The notes under the pieces were generated by a model. It was given only the letters and a program-made list of their open reading frames with translations, made no database searches and was not told where the DNA came from. From Lachnospiraceae bacterium (lineage in GTDB: Bacteria > Bacillota > Clostridia > Lachnospirales > Lachnospiraceae), in contig JAAWCJ010000023.1 in NCBI GenBank assembly GCA_022793195.1, positions 38,812 through 102,811 on the forward strand: DNA of 64,000 nucleotides, read 5' to 3'. A program made the translations under genes and the position numbers. Below are positions 26,503 through 34,908 of the stretch, piece after piece. Position 1 is the first letter of the stretch, and each line of letters begins with the position of its first letter.

Positions 26503-27512
26503 GAGAAGGTGCTGCCCAGGAAAATAGGAAGAGTAATAATACTGGGGGAAGCGTAGGCAACAGCGCGGATGCCGGAAGATCCGGCCACGATGCCTCCGAT
26601 GGCGGCGCCGATCATACTGGCGATATAAGGTCGTTTCATGGGAAGGAGAACGCCATAAATAGATGGCTCCGTGACGCCCATGTAGGCCACCAGCGCAGTC
26701 TGAAGCGCCAGGTGTTTTGTGCCACGGATTTTGGACTTTAAGGATACGGCCAGGGAAGCGGTAGCAATGGCAATGTTGACAGTTAAAAAGGCAGGGCGGC
26801 TGAAGGCTTCAAAGCCGACGGCCTCAATGGAGGCCAGGGCCGGGGGCAGGAAACAGAGGTTGAAGCCGGCAACGATGAGAAGCGGTCCCAAACCTGCCAG
26901 AAGGGCAATGGCCGGCCAGCCGATTTTTTCATGGATGAAAAGCAGGCTTTTGCTCAAAGCGTCACCTGCCAGCAGCCCCACTGGACCCAGCACAAAGAGA
27001 ATCAGAGGGGCTGCGATAAGGGTGGTCAAAAGGGGGACGGCAAAGAAAGAGATCATATCGGGAATCCATTTGCGCAAAAACTTTTCCAGGACAGAAATAC
27101 CCCAGCCAATGAGAAACGCGGGAATCACGGTGGAGCTATAAGACTTCATGACGACGGGAAGAGTGAGAAAAGTCAGGTTTCCGCCGTTTTCCACAATATT
27201 TACAAAATCCGGGTGGAACAGGCTGGCAGTGAGGAATACGGCCAGATAAGGGTCGCCGCCGCAATGCCTGGCGGCAGAATGGGCCAACAGCAGAGGAAGA
27301 AAATAAAAGCCTGCGTTGGAAACAAAAGAAAGGATATAATAAGTATTACTGTCTTCGTTCAAAAGATGCATGGCAGCCAGAAGAAGAAGGAGCGCTTTCA
27401 GGATTCCGGCTGCCGTAATGACAGACAGGACAGGATGGAATATTTCGGAAATAAATGCGATGGCCCGGTCTATATGGGGCCCTTTTTTGGTACTTTTATG
27501 TACAGAATTCAT
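26394..27512 (-). CDS. PTS EIIC-only permease (glucose/beta-glucoside/sucrose superfamily)
   Basis: 372-aa polytopic protein. The sequence ...GVTEPSIYGVLLPMKRPY... matches the conserved GITEPAxFG-type EIIC motif. There is no EIIB Cys domain or EIIA domain, in the ORF or in adjacent genes. Confidence 0.7.
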   Translation of the reverse strand: MNSVHKSTKKGPHIDRAIAFISEIFHPVLSVITAAGILKALLLLLAAMHLLNEDSNTYYILSFVSNAGFYFLPLLLAHSAARHCGGDPYLAVFLTASLFHPDFVNIVENGGNLTFLTLPVVMKSYSSTVIPAFLIGWGISVLEKFLRKWIPDMISFFAVPLLTTLIAAPLILFVLGPVGLLAGDALSKSLLFIHEKIGWPAIALLAGLGPLLIVAGFNLCFLPPALASIEAVGFEAFSRPAFLTVNIAIATASLAVSLKSKIRGTKHLALQTALVAYMGVTEPSIYGVLLPMKRPYIASMIGAAIGGIVAGSSGIRAVAYASPSIITLPIFLGSTFSYVLLSVAVTIVATFLLTWFLGFEDKDCAKSKRSGL

Positions 27513-27675
27513 GGTAACAGCCTCCGGTTGAATAATTAAGTCGTAAGTCCGCTGCTATTATACGGCAGCAGGGGAAAAAAGAAAAGAGAAAATGTAATAA
27601 TGTTCGGGTCAATTTTTGAAGACAGAAACAATATTTCCGAGAGCCGCCTGACATGTTTCTTAAGAAAGATTTAAG

Positions 27676-27704
27676 TTTACAATCCCCGAAGAATGTTTTA
27701 CAAT
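27676..27704 (+). promoter_or_regulatory. possible sigma-A promoter upstream of the HTH/acidic-repeat gene
   Basis: TTTACA, 17 nt, TACAAT, about 150 nt upstream of the ATG at 27851. Confidence 0.3.
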
Positions 27705-27850
27705 CGAATTATGCTTCCAGGCGGTGTATCATTGCCGGAGGAAATTTGAGGGCAGGTATTTTTACATCTATTTTTAGAAAGGATTCGAGAGTCAAAAAAG
27801 ATGATAAGCCAATGTTTTTTGACGTCCGAATCCGAAGGGGGATTCAAATT

Positions 27851-30394
27851 ATGGAATTGACCTTTGGCGAACAGATTAAAATTATTTTAAAAAGAAAAAA
27901 TATGACGATCCGCCAGCTGGCGGAGCTGGTGGAAGTCCAGACGGGAAAACCCATGTCACGTCAGAATCTTACCCAGAAGTTAAACAGGGATAACTTTCAG
28001 GAGCAGGATATGAAAGAGGTTGCGCAGGCGCTTGGCTGTACGGTACAGATATCTGTGATTGATTCTGAAAAAGCCGCCTCACCTGCCATTCAGAATGTGC
28101 CCGGGCAAAGCCTGCCGGAAGAGGCAGCTTCAGTGGAGGAGGCCGGAATCGGTGGAGAGCCGGAAAAAGCCGGGCTGCAAAAAAAAGGAAGGCGAAAAGC
28201 AGGGAAGCCTTCTGTGGGACGGCTGAGGGCCGTACACCCGGCTGGTGCTTTGCCAAAGCCGCAGCCGTCAAAACAGGAAGAACCGGCAGAACCGGCACAG
28301 GAAACGCCGGTACGGGAAGCGCGGGAGCTGGCGGAATTAGAAGCTGCGATTACAGAGCAGCCGATACCGGCAGATCATGAGATACCGGCAGGGAAAGAGA
28401 CAGTAGCAGAAGGTACAGATGTGAACGCTGATGTATTGAAGGAAATAGAGATGGCGCTTTTGGAATCTGTCCGAAAAGAGTTGGAGCAGTCCGGCGTACA
28501 AGAACCGGAAAGTCAGGAGACAGGGGATTCGGGGGAAACTGTGCCGGAAGAACCGGAAGCAGATTCTTTGGCCTGGGCGCGTCAAAAGCCATCTGTGTGG
28601 CCAACGTTAACTGTACCGACTGGAAGTTGGATGAGTACGATGCCATTTGGAGAAGATGAGCTGTTAATAGATGCAGGAAGCCCCGCTGATGCAGAAGTGC
28701 CTCTTGACGCAGGACTTTTGATGGACCTCCCGGAAGAGACAGAACTGGCGTCAAAGCGGGAGCGGGGGCCGGAGGAATCGCCCGAAGAGGAAGGGCAGCC
28801 GGAAACAGAGACGTTGCCAGATGCGCAAGAGGGGAGCGAGGCGCAAGAGAAACCGGAAGCAGAGATAGCGCCAGATGTGGAAGAAGAACGTGAGGCGGAG
28901 GCAGCGCCGGATGTGGAAGAGAAGTCAGAAGCAGAGGTAATATCAGATGTAGAAGAAGGAGCCACGGCAGAGGTAACGCCGGATGTGGAAGAGCAGCCGG
29001 AAGCAGAGGCAGCGCCGGATGTAGAAGAAAGAGCCGCGACAGAGATAGCATCAGATGCGAAGGAGGAGCGTGAGGCGGAGGTAGCGCCGGATGTGGAAGG
29101 GCAGCCGGAAACAGAGGGGTTGTCCGATGCGGAAATAAATCAGGGCCCGGAAGAAAATGTAGCAGAAGGGCAGGAAAGCCCGGATGATTTGGAATTTTTT
29201 GATTTGGCTGATTTCGGTGGAGGTGAGATTTCACAGGTGTCTGCTCCTTATATTATGAAACGGGAACGGTCGTCAGAGAAGAAAATGCTCCTTGGGAAAA
29301 GAAATACCCAGGAAAAGAGAGTGTTGCCGGAGAAAAAAAATCTGCAGGAAAAGAAATTGTTGTCCGGCAGAAAGGACCTGAAAGATAAAAACGAAGAGGA
29401 TATATCTTTTGCTTCGGCACCTTATGTGATTTCGAGAGAACCGGAAGAAAAAGCAGAAGAAACGCCGGAAAAAGAACAGAAAGAAGAGGAAACAAAGGAG
29501 AAAAAGGCAGAAGAAGTATTTCAGGAGGAATTGCCGGAAGAAGATGCAGAAGGATTCAGGGCATTTGATATTCTTTCGGGGAGCCGAAAAGGAGACATTT
29601 CTTCTGTGTCGGCGCCTTATGTGATCCCCAGAGAACCAGAAAAAGAAACAGTGCAGGAAACAGAAAGGGAACAGGCGGAGGAACCTGTCGGAGAGTGGGG
29701 CAATGAACCGGACGAAGAAGATTCCACAGAGGAAGAGTGGCCGGAGTGGTCCTTAGAAGAAGAGGAAGAAGACCCCCCGGAGCCGGCCCTGGAAGAGAAA
29801 ATCGCTTCCTGGGATGCTGCCGTAAAGAGGCGGCTGGAGAATCCTTTTGTGATGTCTCTGGAAGAACGTAAAGCGCGCCGCATGGCAAAGGAAGAAGAAT
29901 CGGCCAGGATGAAAAAAGAAAAGAAGATGCCGGTACAGGAAAAAGAAGAAGTAACTGCAGACAGGCGGGAAACAGAAGAAAACCGGGAGGCCGGTTCCAG
30001 GAACGAAAAAGGTATGGAAATTGAAGGGCAGGCAGAGGCTGGAAACAGGCCGGAGGAAAAAAGACAGGAAGAATCAGAAGGACAGACGATAGTAGAAGTT
30101 GAGAACAACGCTGCAGGCTCGGAAGAACCGGAAAGAGTAAATAATATAAGGGGGGAAGAGGAAGGAGAACCGGTAAAGAAGCAGGGACCGGATATCAATC
30201 CCCTTACCGGAAAGGAGTATGAGACAAATACGGTAAAACATCATCCGACGAAACCGGATATGCTGCTGGTATATGACCAGGATGAACATAGGTGGATTGA
30301 GCAGGCGGAACGGGCATTTTTGAATTTCCAAATCAATAAGAGGGCCCTGCTGGGAAAAGATTATGAGCCGCCGGTTTATTTAGACGAAAGGTGA
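27851..30394 (+). CDS. XRE-type HTH protein with a very long acidic, repeat-rich disordered region and a conserved C-terminal module
   Basis: The start was set at MELTFGEQIKIILKRKNMTIRQLAEL..., after GGGGGA; the 66 upstream codons in the track have no RBS. The HTH spans about residues 1-70. About 700 E/P/A-rich residues follow, containing 12-aa repeats and three ISxxSAPY(V/I)xxRE motifs. The C-terminus is DINPLTGKEYETNTVKHHPTKPDMLLVYDQDEHRWIEQ. Confidence 0.7.
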   Translation: MELTFGEQIKIILKRKNMTIRQLAELVEVQTGKPMSRQNLTQKLNRDNFQEQDMKEVAQALGCTVQISVIDSEKAASPAIQNVPGQSLPEEAASVEEAGIGGEPEKAGLQKKGRRKAGKPSVGRLRAVHPAGALPKPQPSKQEEPAEPAQETPVREARELAELEAAITEQPIPADHEIPAGKETVAEGTDVNADVLKEIEMALLESVRKELEQSGVQEPESQETGDSGETVPEEPEADSLAWARQKPSVWPTLTVPTGSWMSTMPFGEDELLIDAGSPADAEVPLDAGLLMDLPEETELASKRERGPEESPEEEGQPETETLPDAQEGSEAQEKPEAEIAPDVEEEREAEAAPDVEEKSEAEVISDVEEGATAEVTPDVEEQPEAEAAPDVEERAATEIASDAKEEREAEVAPDVEGQPETEGLSDAEINQGPEENVAEGQESPDDLEFFDLADFGGGEISQVSAPYIMKRERSSEKKMLLGKRNTQEKRVLPEKKNLQEKKLLSGRKDLKDKNEEDISFASAPYVISREPEEKAEETPEKEQKEEETKEKKAEEVFQEELPEEDAEGFRAFDILSGSRKGDISSVSAPYVIPREPEKETVQETEREQAEEPVGEWGNEPDEEDSTEEEWPEWSLEEEEEDPPEPALEEKIASWDAAVKRRLENPFVMSLEERKARRMAKEEESARMKKEKKMPVQEKEEVTADRRETEENREAGSRNEKGMEIEGQAEAGNRPEEKRQEESEGQTIVEVENNAAGSEEPERVNNIRGEEEGEPVKKQGPDINPLTGKEYETNTVKHHPTKPDMLLVYDQDEHRWIEQAERAFLNFQINKRALLGKDYEPPVYLDER
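28790..29134 (+). repeat. in-frame tandem repeat with a 36-bp (12-codon) period, about 8-9 units
   Basis: Units of the form APDVEE-x-x-EAE-x, for example GCGCCGGATGTGGAAGAG..., recur with a 36-bp period inside the 27851-30394 ORF. Confidence 0.85.
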
Positions 30395-30412
30395 TTCTTT
30401 AAGGAGTAAGAG

Positions 30413-31087
30413 ATGGACAGGAAAGATAGAAAAAAAGAATACAAAGGGATTATTTTTGATTTGGACGGGACTTTGATTAATACATTGGAAGATTTGGCGG
30501 ACAGTGTCAATGAAGCCCTTGAACGGATGGGGTATCCGGTGTGGCCCACAGAGGCGTACCGGATGAAAGTGGGAAGGGGATTTAGAAACCTGATGGAAAA
30601 CAGTGTGCCGGAGGCAGTCAGGGAGGATACGGCAGTTATCGACCGGATGCTGGGATTTTTTGTGGAGGCGTATGACAGGAGATATATGAAAAAAAGCCAT
30701 CCATACGAAGGGATTGACGACCTTTTGGATGAATTGGCGGCCAGAGGGATTTATATGGCGGTTAATTCCAATAAGCGGACGGATTATACGGAGAAGCTGA
30801 TTGACAAGCTGTTTCACAGAATTCCCTTTGTCGGGGTATTTGGGGAACGGGCCGGTGTACCTAAAAAACCGGATCCGGCGGGGGCCCTGGAGCTTTGCGG
30901 CAGAATGGGCCTGAAACCGGAGGAAGTGCTCTATGTGGGGGACTCCGGAACGGATATAAAAACAGGAAAAAATGCAGGTATGGATACCATTGGCGTTGGC
31001 TGGGGGTTCCGGGGATTTGGGGAACTGAGGGAAAACGGCGCAGTATATCTGGCGGAATCAGTAAAGGATATTTTGGATATTTTATAA
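30413..31087 (+). CDS. HAD-IA family hydrolase (phosphoglycolate phosphatase-like)
   Basis: Motif I FDLDGTLINT, motif II SNK, and motif III/IV YVGDSGTDIKTGKNAG. Confidence 0.8.
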   Translation: MDRKDRKKEYKGIIFDLDGTLINTLEDLADSVNEALERMGYPVWPTEAYRMKVGRGFRNLMENSVPEAVREDTAVIDRMLGFFVEAYDRRYMKKSHPYEGIDDLLDELAARGIYMAVNSNKRTDYTEKLIDKLFHRIPFVGVFGERAGVPKKPDPAGALELCGRMGLKPEEVLYVGDSGTDIKTGKNAGMDTIGVGWGFRGFGELRENGAVYLAESVKDILDIL

Positions 31088-31209
31088 TAGTAATTTAGAA
31101 AGAATTAAGAAAATCCCACGTGGATTTTTGGATTGACCTGCTATGATGAAAGCGGGGACAGGGCAGAAAAGAATATGACAGAGAAGAAAAAGCAGGAGGG
31201 GTACGGAAA

Positions 31210-31911
31210 ATGGATGAAATCACGGTGTTAGTATGTGACGATGACAGGGAAATCGTCGAGGCGATAGATATTTACCTGAGGCAGGAAGGCTATCATGTTT
31301 TGAAAGCTTATGACGGAGAGGAGGCCATCCGCCTGCTGAAAGACAACAAAGTGGAACTTCTTTTAATAGATGTGATGATGCCAAAACTGGACGGGATACG
31401 GGCGACACTTAAGATTCGTGAGACAAGCAGTATTCCCATCATTATCCTCTCGGCAAAATCAGAGGATGTGGATAAGATTCTCGGGTTAAATATCGGGGCA
31501 GATGATTATATTACGAAACCATTTAATCCATTGGAACTGGTGGCAAGGGTAAAATCCCATATCAGACGGTACACGAAATTGGGAACCATGGCCATGGAAA
31601 ATGGTGAGACAATCCATAAAACAGGGGGGCTTTGCATCAATGACGATACAAAGGAAGTGACTCTGGACGGGGAGCTGGTGAAGCTGACGCCGATGGAATA
31701 CAATATTCTCCGGTTTTTGGTAATGAACGCAGGGAAGGTATTTTCCATTGAGCAGATATATGAAAATATCTGGAATGAAGAAGCAATCGGTGTGGACAAT
31801 ACGGTGGCAGTCCATATCCGTCATATCAGGGAGAAAATTGAAATCAACCCCAAGAACCCCACTTATTTAAAAGTGGTTTGGGGCGTGGGCTATAAAGTGG
31901 AGAAACTTTAA
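31210..31911 (+). CDS. OmpR/PhoB-family response regulator
   Basis: Receiver domain (VLVCDDD...LLLIDVMMPKLDG...KP) plus a winged-helix output domain (LTPMEYNILRFL...GVGYKV). Confidence 0.88.
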   Translation: MDEITVLVCDDDREIVEAIDIYLRQEGYHVLKAYDGEEAIRLLKDNKVELLLIDVMMPKLDGIRATLKIRETSSIPIIILSAKSEDVDKILGLNIGADDYITKPFNPLELVARVKSHIRRYTKLGTMAMENGETIHKTGGLCINDDTKEVTLDGELVKLTPMEYNILRFLVMNAGKVFSIEQIYENIWNEEAIGVDNTVAVHIRHIREKIEINPKNPTYLKVVWGVGYKVEKL

Positions 31912-31929
31912 GAAAACGGAGGGCCTGCC

Positions 31930-34806
31930 ATGAAGGTGCGCAGATATACGCAGAAAAAGAAATTGGGAGCAGTACTGTTGTTTGTCCTGTTTATGTGTAT
32001 AACGGTGGCCGGAGGGGCAGGCCTTTATTATGTCAATAATTTTGGCGATTATCTCTACAGCAAAAAAGAACTGATGCAGACGGCGCGGTTTGAAAATACG
32101 GCCACGCTGGAACAGAAAATTTTAAGAGATACGGAAAATATTTTTGAGTACGCCTCCTTATCGCAGTTTTTTGTGAAGTCTGACGAGGCGAACCGCCAGA
32201 TGCCCATGTACTGCGCCGAAATTAACGGCACACAGTATTATCTTTGTATTGAAGATTTGGAAAATATTTATCAGGTTCTCCAGGAAAAAGAAGTACAAAG
32301 TGAGGACAAAGAGGAGCTTCAAGCGGAACAGGAAGTGTCGGAAAGCGGGGGCAGGCGGGACCTGGAAATCCCGGAGCTTGAGGAGGAAGATATTGATTTT
32401 GAAGTAAGCGGCACGGAGGTTTCTGAGACAATCCTGGAGTATGTCAATACCCATGATGAGGAGTATGCCGACTATTATGTGCAATATATTGAAGAGAATT
32501 ATGGTACGGATGATATCAGATCGGCCAAAAAGGACTGGTATGGGTTGTCGGATGCAAAAAAGCTGAGGATTATCTCCATCATGGGGTGGCCGGGGTCGGA
32601 GTATATTACTTTGATACCTTTGAAAAATACAGCTGAAATTTCTGTTTACCCAGGCCAGGCCTGCCTGTTGTCTTATGATTTTCTGCAGCAGAAGGAGGTC
32701 CGGTATGAGGAGGTTTTGCTGACAGATTTGTATGAGCGGGGGAAAGGGCTTTTAGAACGGTATTATGAACTGGCCAACCGGCTTGATTCAGAAAAAACCA
32801 ACCTGCGTTATTTAATTTACGAAGAAAGCTCTCTGCTGTGGCAGACCAATGATGAAAATACGGCGGGAGAAATCACGGATTTTGAAAAATATATTTCTTA
32901 TGATAATGACACCCATATTATTAAGAGCAATTTTACAAAAACCGATTTAAATTTGTGGAACCTGGATTACCTGGCATCGTCGCTGGTGGGGGTGAACTCC
33001 GGCGCTTCTTTCCATATAGGCCTGGATACAAGATATCTGGTGGAAGATGATTATAAACTGATGGCGGAGGGCTTTGGCCAGTGCCGCCCGGTGCTTCTTT
33101 TGTCTCTGTTTGCCATTGTCATCGGTATGGTTGGAAGTATTTTGTTTTTCATCTATCTGATGGCATCGGTGGGACACCGGGAAGGCCATGAGGAAATCTG
33201 CCTGGACAAATTTGACCGGTGGCCCACAGAGCCGGCGGCTTTCCTGATTATTGCGGGAATTCAGGTGTTTGTTATGCTTTGCGGCTGGCTGGCCCAGGTT
33301 TTTGCCGACAGCTTTTTCACATCACGGCAGATTTATACGGTGATGCAGATCATTTCTGTGGCGGTTTCGGTGATTATTGGGCTTATCGGCTTTTTCAGCC
33401 TGGTAAAGCGGCTGAAAGCCGGGATTGTATGGAAAAACAGCTTACTCAGAAAGGCTTGCGTGAGACTCAGAAGATGGGGAGGGGCACTGATTCGGAACTG
33501 GCCCACCAGCGGAAAAACGGCGGCAGTCATTATTTTGTATTGGGTCGTGACAATCCCCCTCTGTATGTTTGTCACCATCAACCGGTTTTGGGGTTCTTTT
33601 TTCCTCTATGTGACAGGCATTATTGCATTTATCGCGGTTCAGATTGCTGCCGCCGGACTTATTTTGTGGGCTGTCATTAACCGGAAACGGATTTTAGATG
33701 GGGCAGAGCGGATATCCGGCGGGGATTTGGAATATGTGATAGGAGACGAGGGGCTGTTTGCCGATGATAAACGGCTGGTGGAGGCCATTAACAATATCGG
33801 GGCAGGCTTTCAGGATGCGGTGGATACGGCGGTAAAAAGCGAACGGATGAAGGCGGACCTGATTACGAATGTATCTCATGATATCAAGACGCCGCTTACT
33901 TCTATTATTAATTATGTGGATTTGATGAAACGGGAAAACATAGAAGACGAGACTTTAAAGCGATATTTGGAAGTTCTTGACCAGAAATCCCAGAGGCTTA
34001 AAAACCTGACGGAAGATTTAGTGGAAGCCTCCAGGGCAACCTCCGGCAATATTAGCCTGCAGTGGGAGAGGATCAATTTTGTGGAGCTGGTGCGGCAGGC
34101 ATGTGGAGAATTTTCGGAGAAGTTTGACGAGCGGGGACTGACTCCGGTGGCTACGTTCCCGGAATATTCCCTTCATGTGATTGCAGACGGAAGGCGGGTA
34201 TGGAGGATTCTGGAGAATTTATTTCAGAATACGAAGAAATATGCCATGCCGGGAACAAGAGTCTATATCAGTGTGACCCAGGTGGATAATTATGCCACAT
34301 TTGTGATGAAAAATATTTCAGAATCGGAGCTTAATATCACCCCGGAGGAATTGACAGAGCGTTTTACCAGGGGAGATAGTTCGCGTACCACGGAGGGAAG
34401 TGGGCTGGGGCTTTCCATTGCGAAAAGCCTGACGGAGCTTCAGGGCGGAATTTTTGAGATTTACTTAAATGGAGATTTATTCCAGGTGACAGTGCAGCTT
34501 GAGCTGGCTGAGGATGAACCGGAGGATATGGATGAGGATTTCGGTGAGGAACTGGAAGAGGATGCAGAAGAAGGGATGGAAGATGAGGCTGAAGAGGATG
34601 TGACAGAGGACTTTGGTGAAGGAGAAAAGGATACGGGTGAAAACTTTGACGAGGGGGCCGAAGAGGATACGGGAGAAGCTCCTCCAATGATTGGAACGAC
34701 AGATGAAGAGGCGGCGGAGAGGGAGGCCAGATTTTTGCAGGAAGCGTTGGAAGAGTTGGAAAGCAGCGGCCTCATGCGGCGCGGCGGCAGGCAGGATATG
34801 GGTTGA
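31930..34806 (+). CDS. sensor histidine kinase with ~360-aa extracytoplasmic domain, multi-TM region and acidic C-terminal tail
   Basis: H-box ITNVSHDIKTPLTSIINYVDL, N-box LFQNTKKYAMPGT, and G-box GSGLGLSIAKS. The tail is DEPEDMDEDFGEELEEDAEEGMEDEAEEDVTEDFGEGE... Confidence 0.85.
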   Translation: MKVRRYTQKKKLGAVLLFVLFMCITVAGGAGLYYVNNFGDYLYSKKELMQTARFENTATLEQKILRDTENIFEYASLSQFFVKSDEANRQMPMYCAEINGTQYYLCIEDLENIYQVLQEKEVQSEDKEELQAEQEVSESGGRRDLEIPELEEEDIDFEVSGTEVSETILEYVNTHDEEYADYYVQYIEENYGTDDIRSAKKDWYGLSDAKKLRIISIMGWPGSEYITLIPLKNTAEISVYPGQACLLSYDFLQQKEVRYEEVLLTDLYERGKGLLERYYELANRLDSEKTNLRYLIYEESSLLWQTNDENTAGEITDFEKYISYDNDTHIIKSNFTKTDLNLWNLDYLASSLVGVNSGASFHIGLDTRYLVEDDYKLMAEGFGQCRPVLLLSLFAIVIGMVGSILFFIYLMASVGHREGHEEICLDKFDRWPTEPAAFLIIAGIQVFVMLCGWLAQVFADSFFTSRQIYTVMQIISVAVSVIIGLIGFFSLVKRLKAGIVWKNSLLRKACVRLRRWGGALIRNWPTSGKTAAVIILYWVVTIPLCMFVTINRFWGSFFLYVTGIIAFIAVQIAAAGLILWAVINRKRILDGAERISGGDLEYVIGDEGLFADDKRLVEAINNIGAGFQDAVDTAVKSERMKADLITNVSHDIKTPLTSIINYVDLMKRENIEDETLKRYLEVLDQKSQRLKNLTEDLVEASRATSGNISLQWERINFVELVRQACGEFSEKFDERGLTPVATFPEYSLHVIADGRRVWRILENLFQNTKKYAMPGTRVYISVTQVDNYATFVMKNISESELNITPEELTERFTRGDSSRTTEGSGLGLSIAKSLTELQGGIFEIYLNGDLFQVTVQLELAEDEPEDMDEDFGEELEEDAEEGMEDEAEEDVTEDFGEGEKDTGENFDEGAEEDTGEAPPMIGTTDEEAAEREARFLQEALEELESSGLMRRGGRQDMG

Positions 34807-34843
34807 CCGGAGGAGGAAGGATTTTCCGGCTGTATGAAAATAC

Positions 34844-34872
34844 TTGACTTGCCAAATAAATTAAACCATAAT
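34844..34872 (+). promoter_or_regulatory. putative sigma-A promoter of the aconitase-family gene
   Basis: TTGACT, 17 nt, CATAAT, 37 nt upstream of the ATG. Confidence 0.45.
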
Positions 34873-34908
34873 GAGAAGGAAAATGACAGTGCCTAAGGAG
34901 GACAAACG

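Noticed and set aside
28790-29134. Regular 36-bp repeats that might suggest a CRISPR array.
   Set aside because: The units are contiguous with no spacers, are imperfect, and lie in frame inside a long ORF. This is a coding tandem repeat, and no cas genes are present.
28350-29234. 294-aa (and 29617-30198, 193-aa) minus-strand ORFs rich in P/L/S.
   Set aside because: They are antisense translations of the GAA/GAG-rich acidic repeat region. Open frames on the opposite strand are expected there.
30380-30817. 145-aa minus-strand ORF overlapping the HAD hydrolase gene.
   Set aside because: The HAD motifs are unambiguous on the plus strand, and the antisense ORF has no support.
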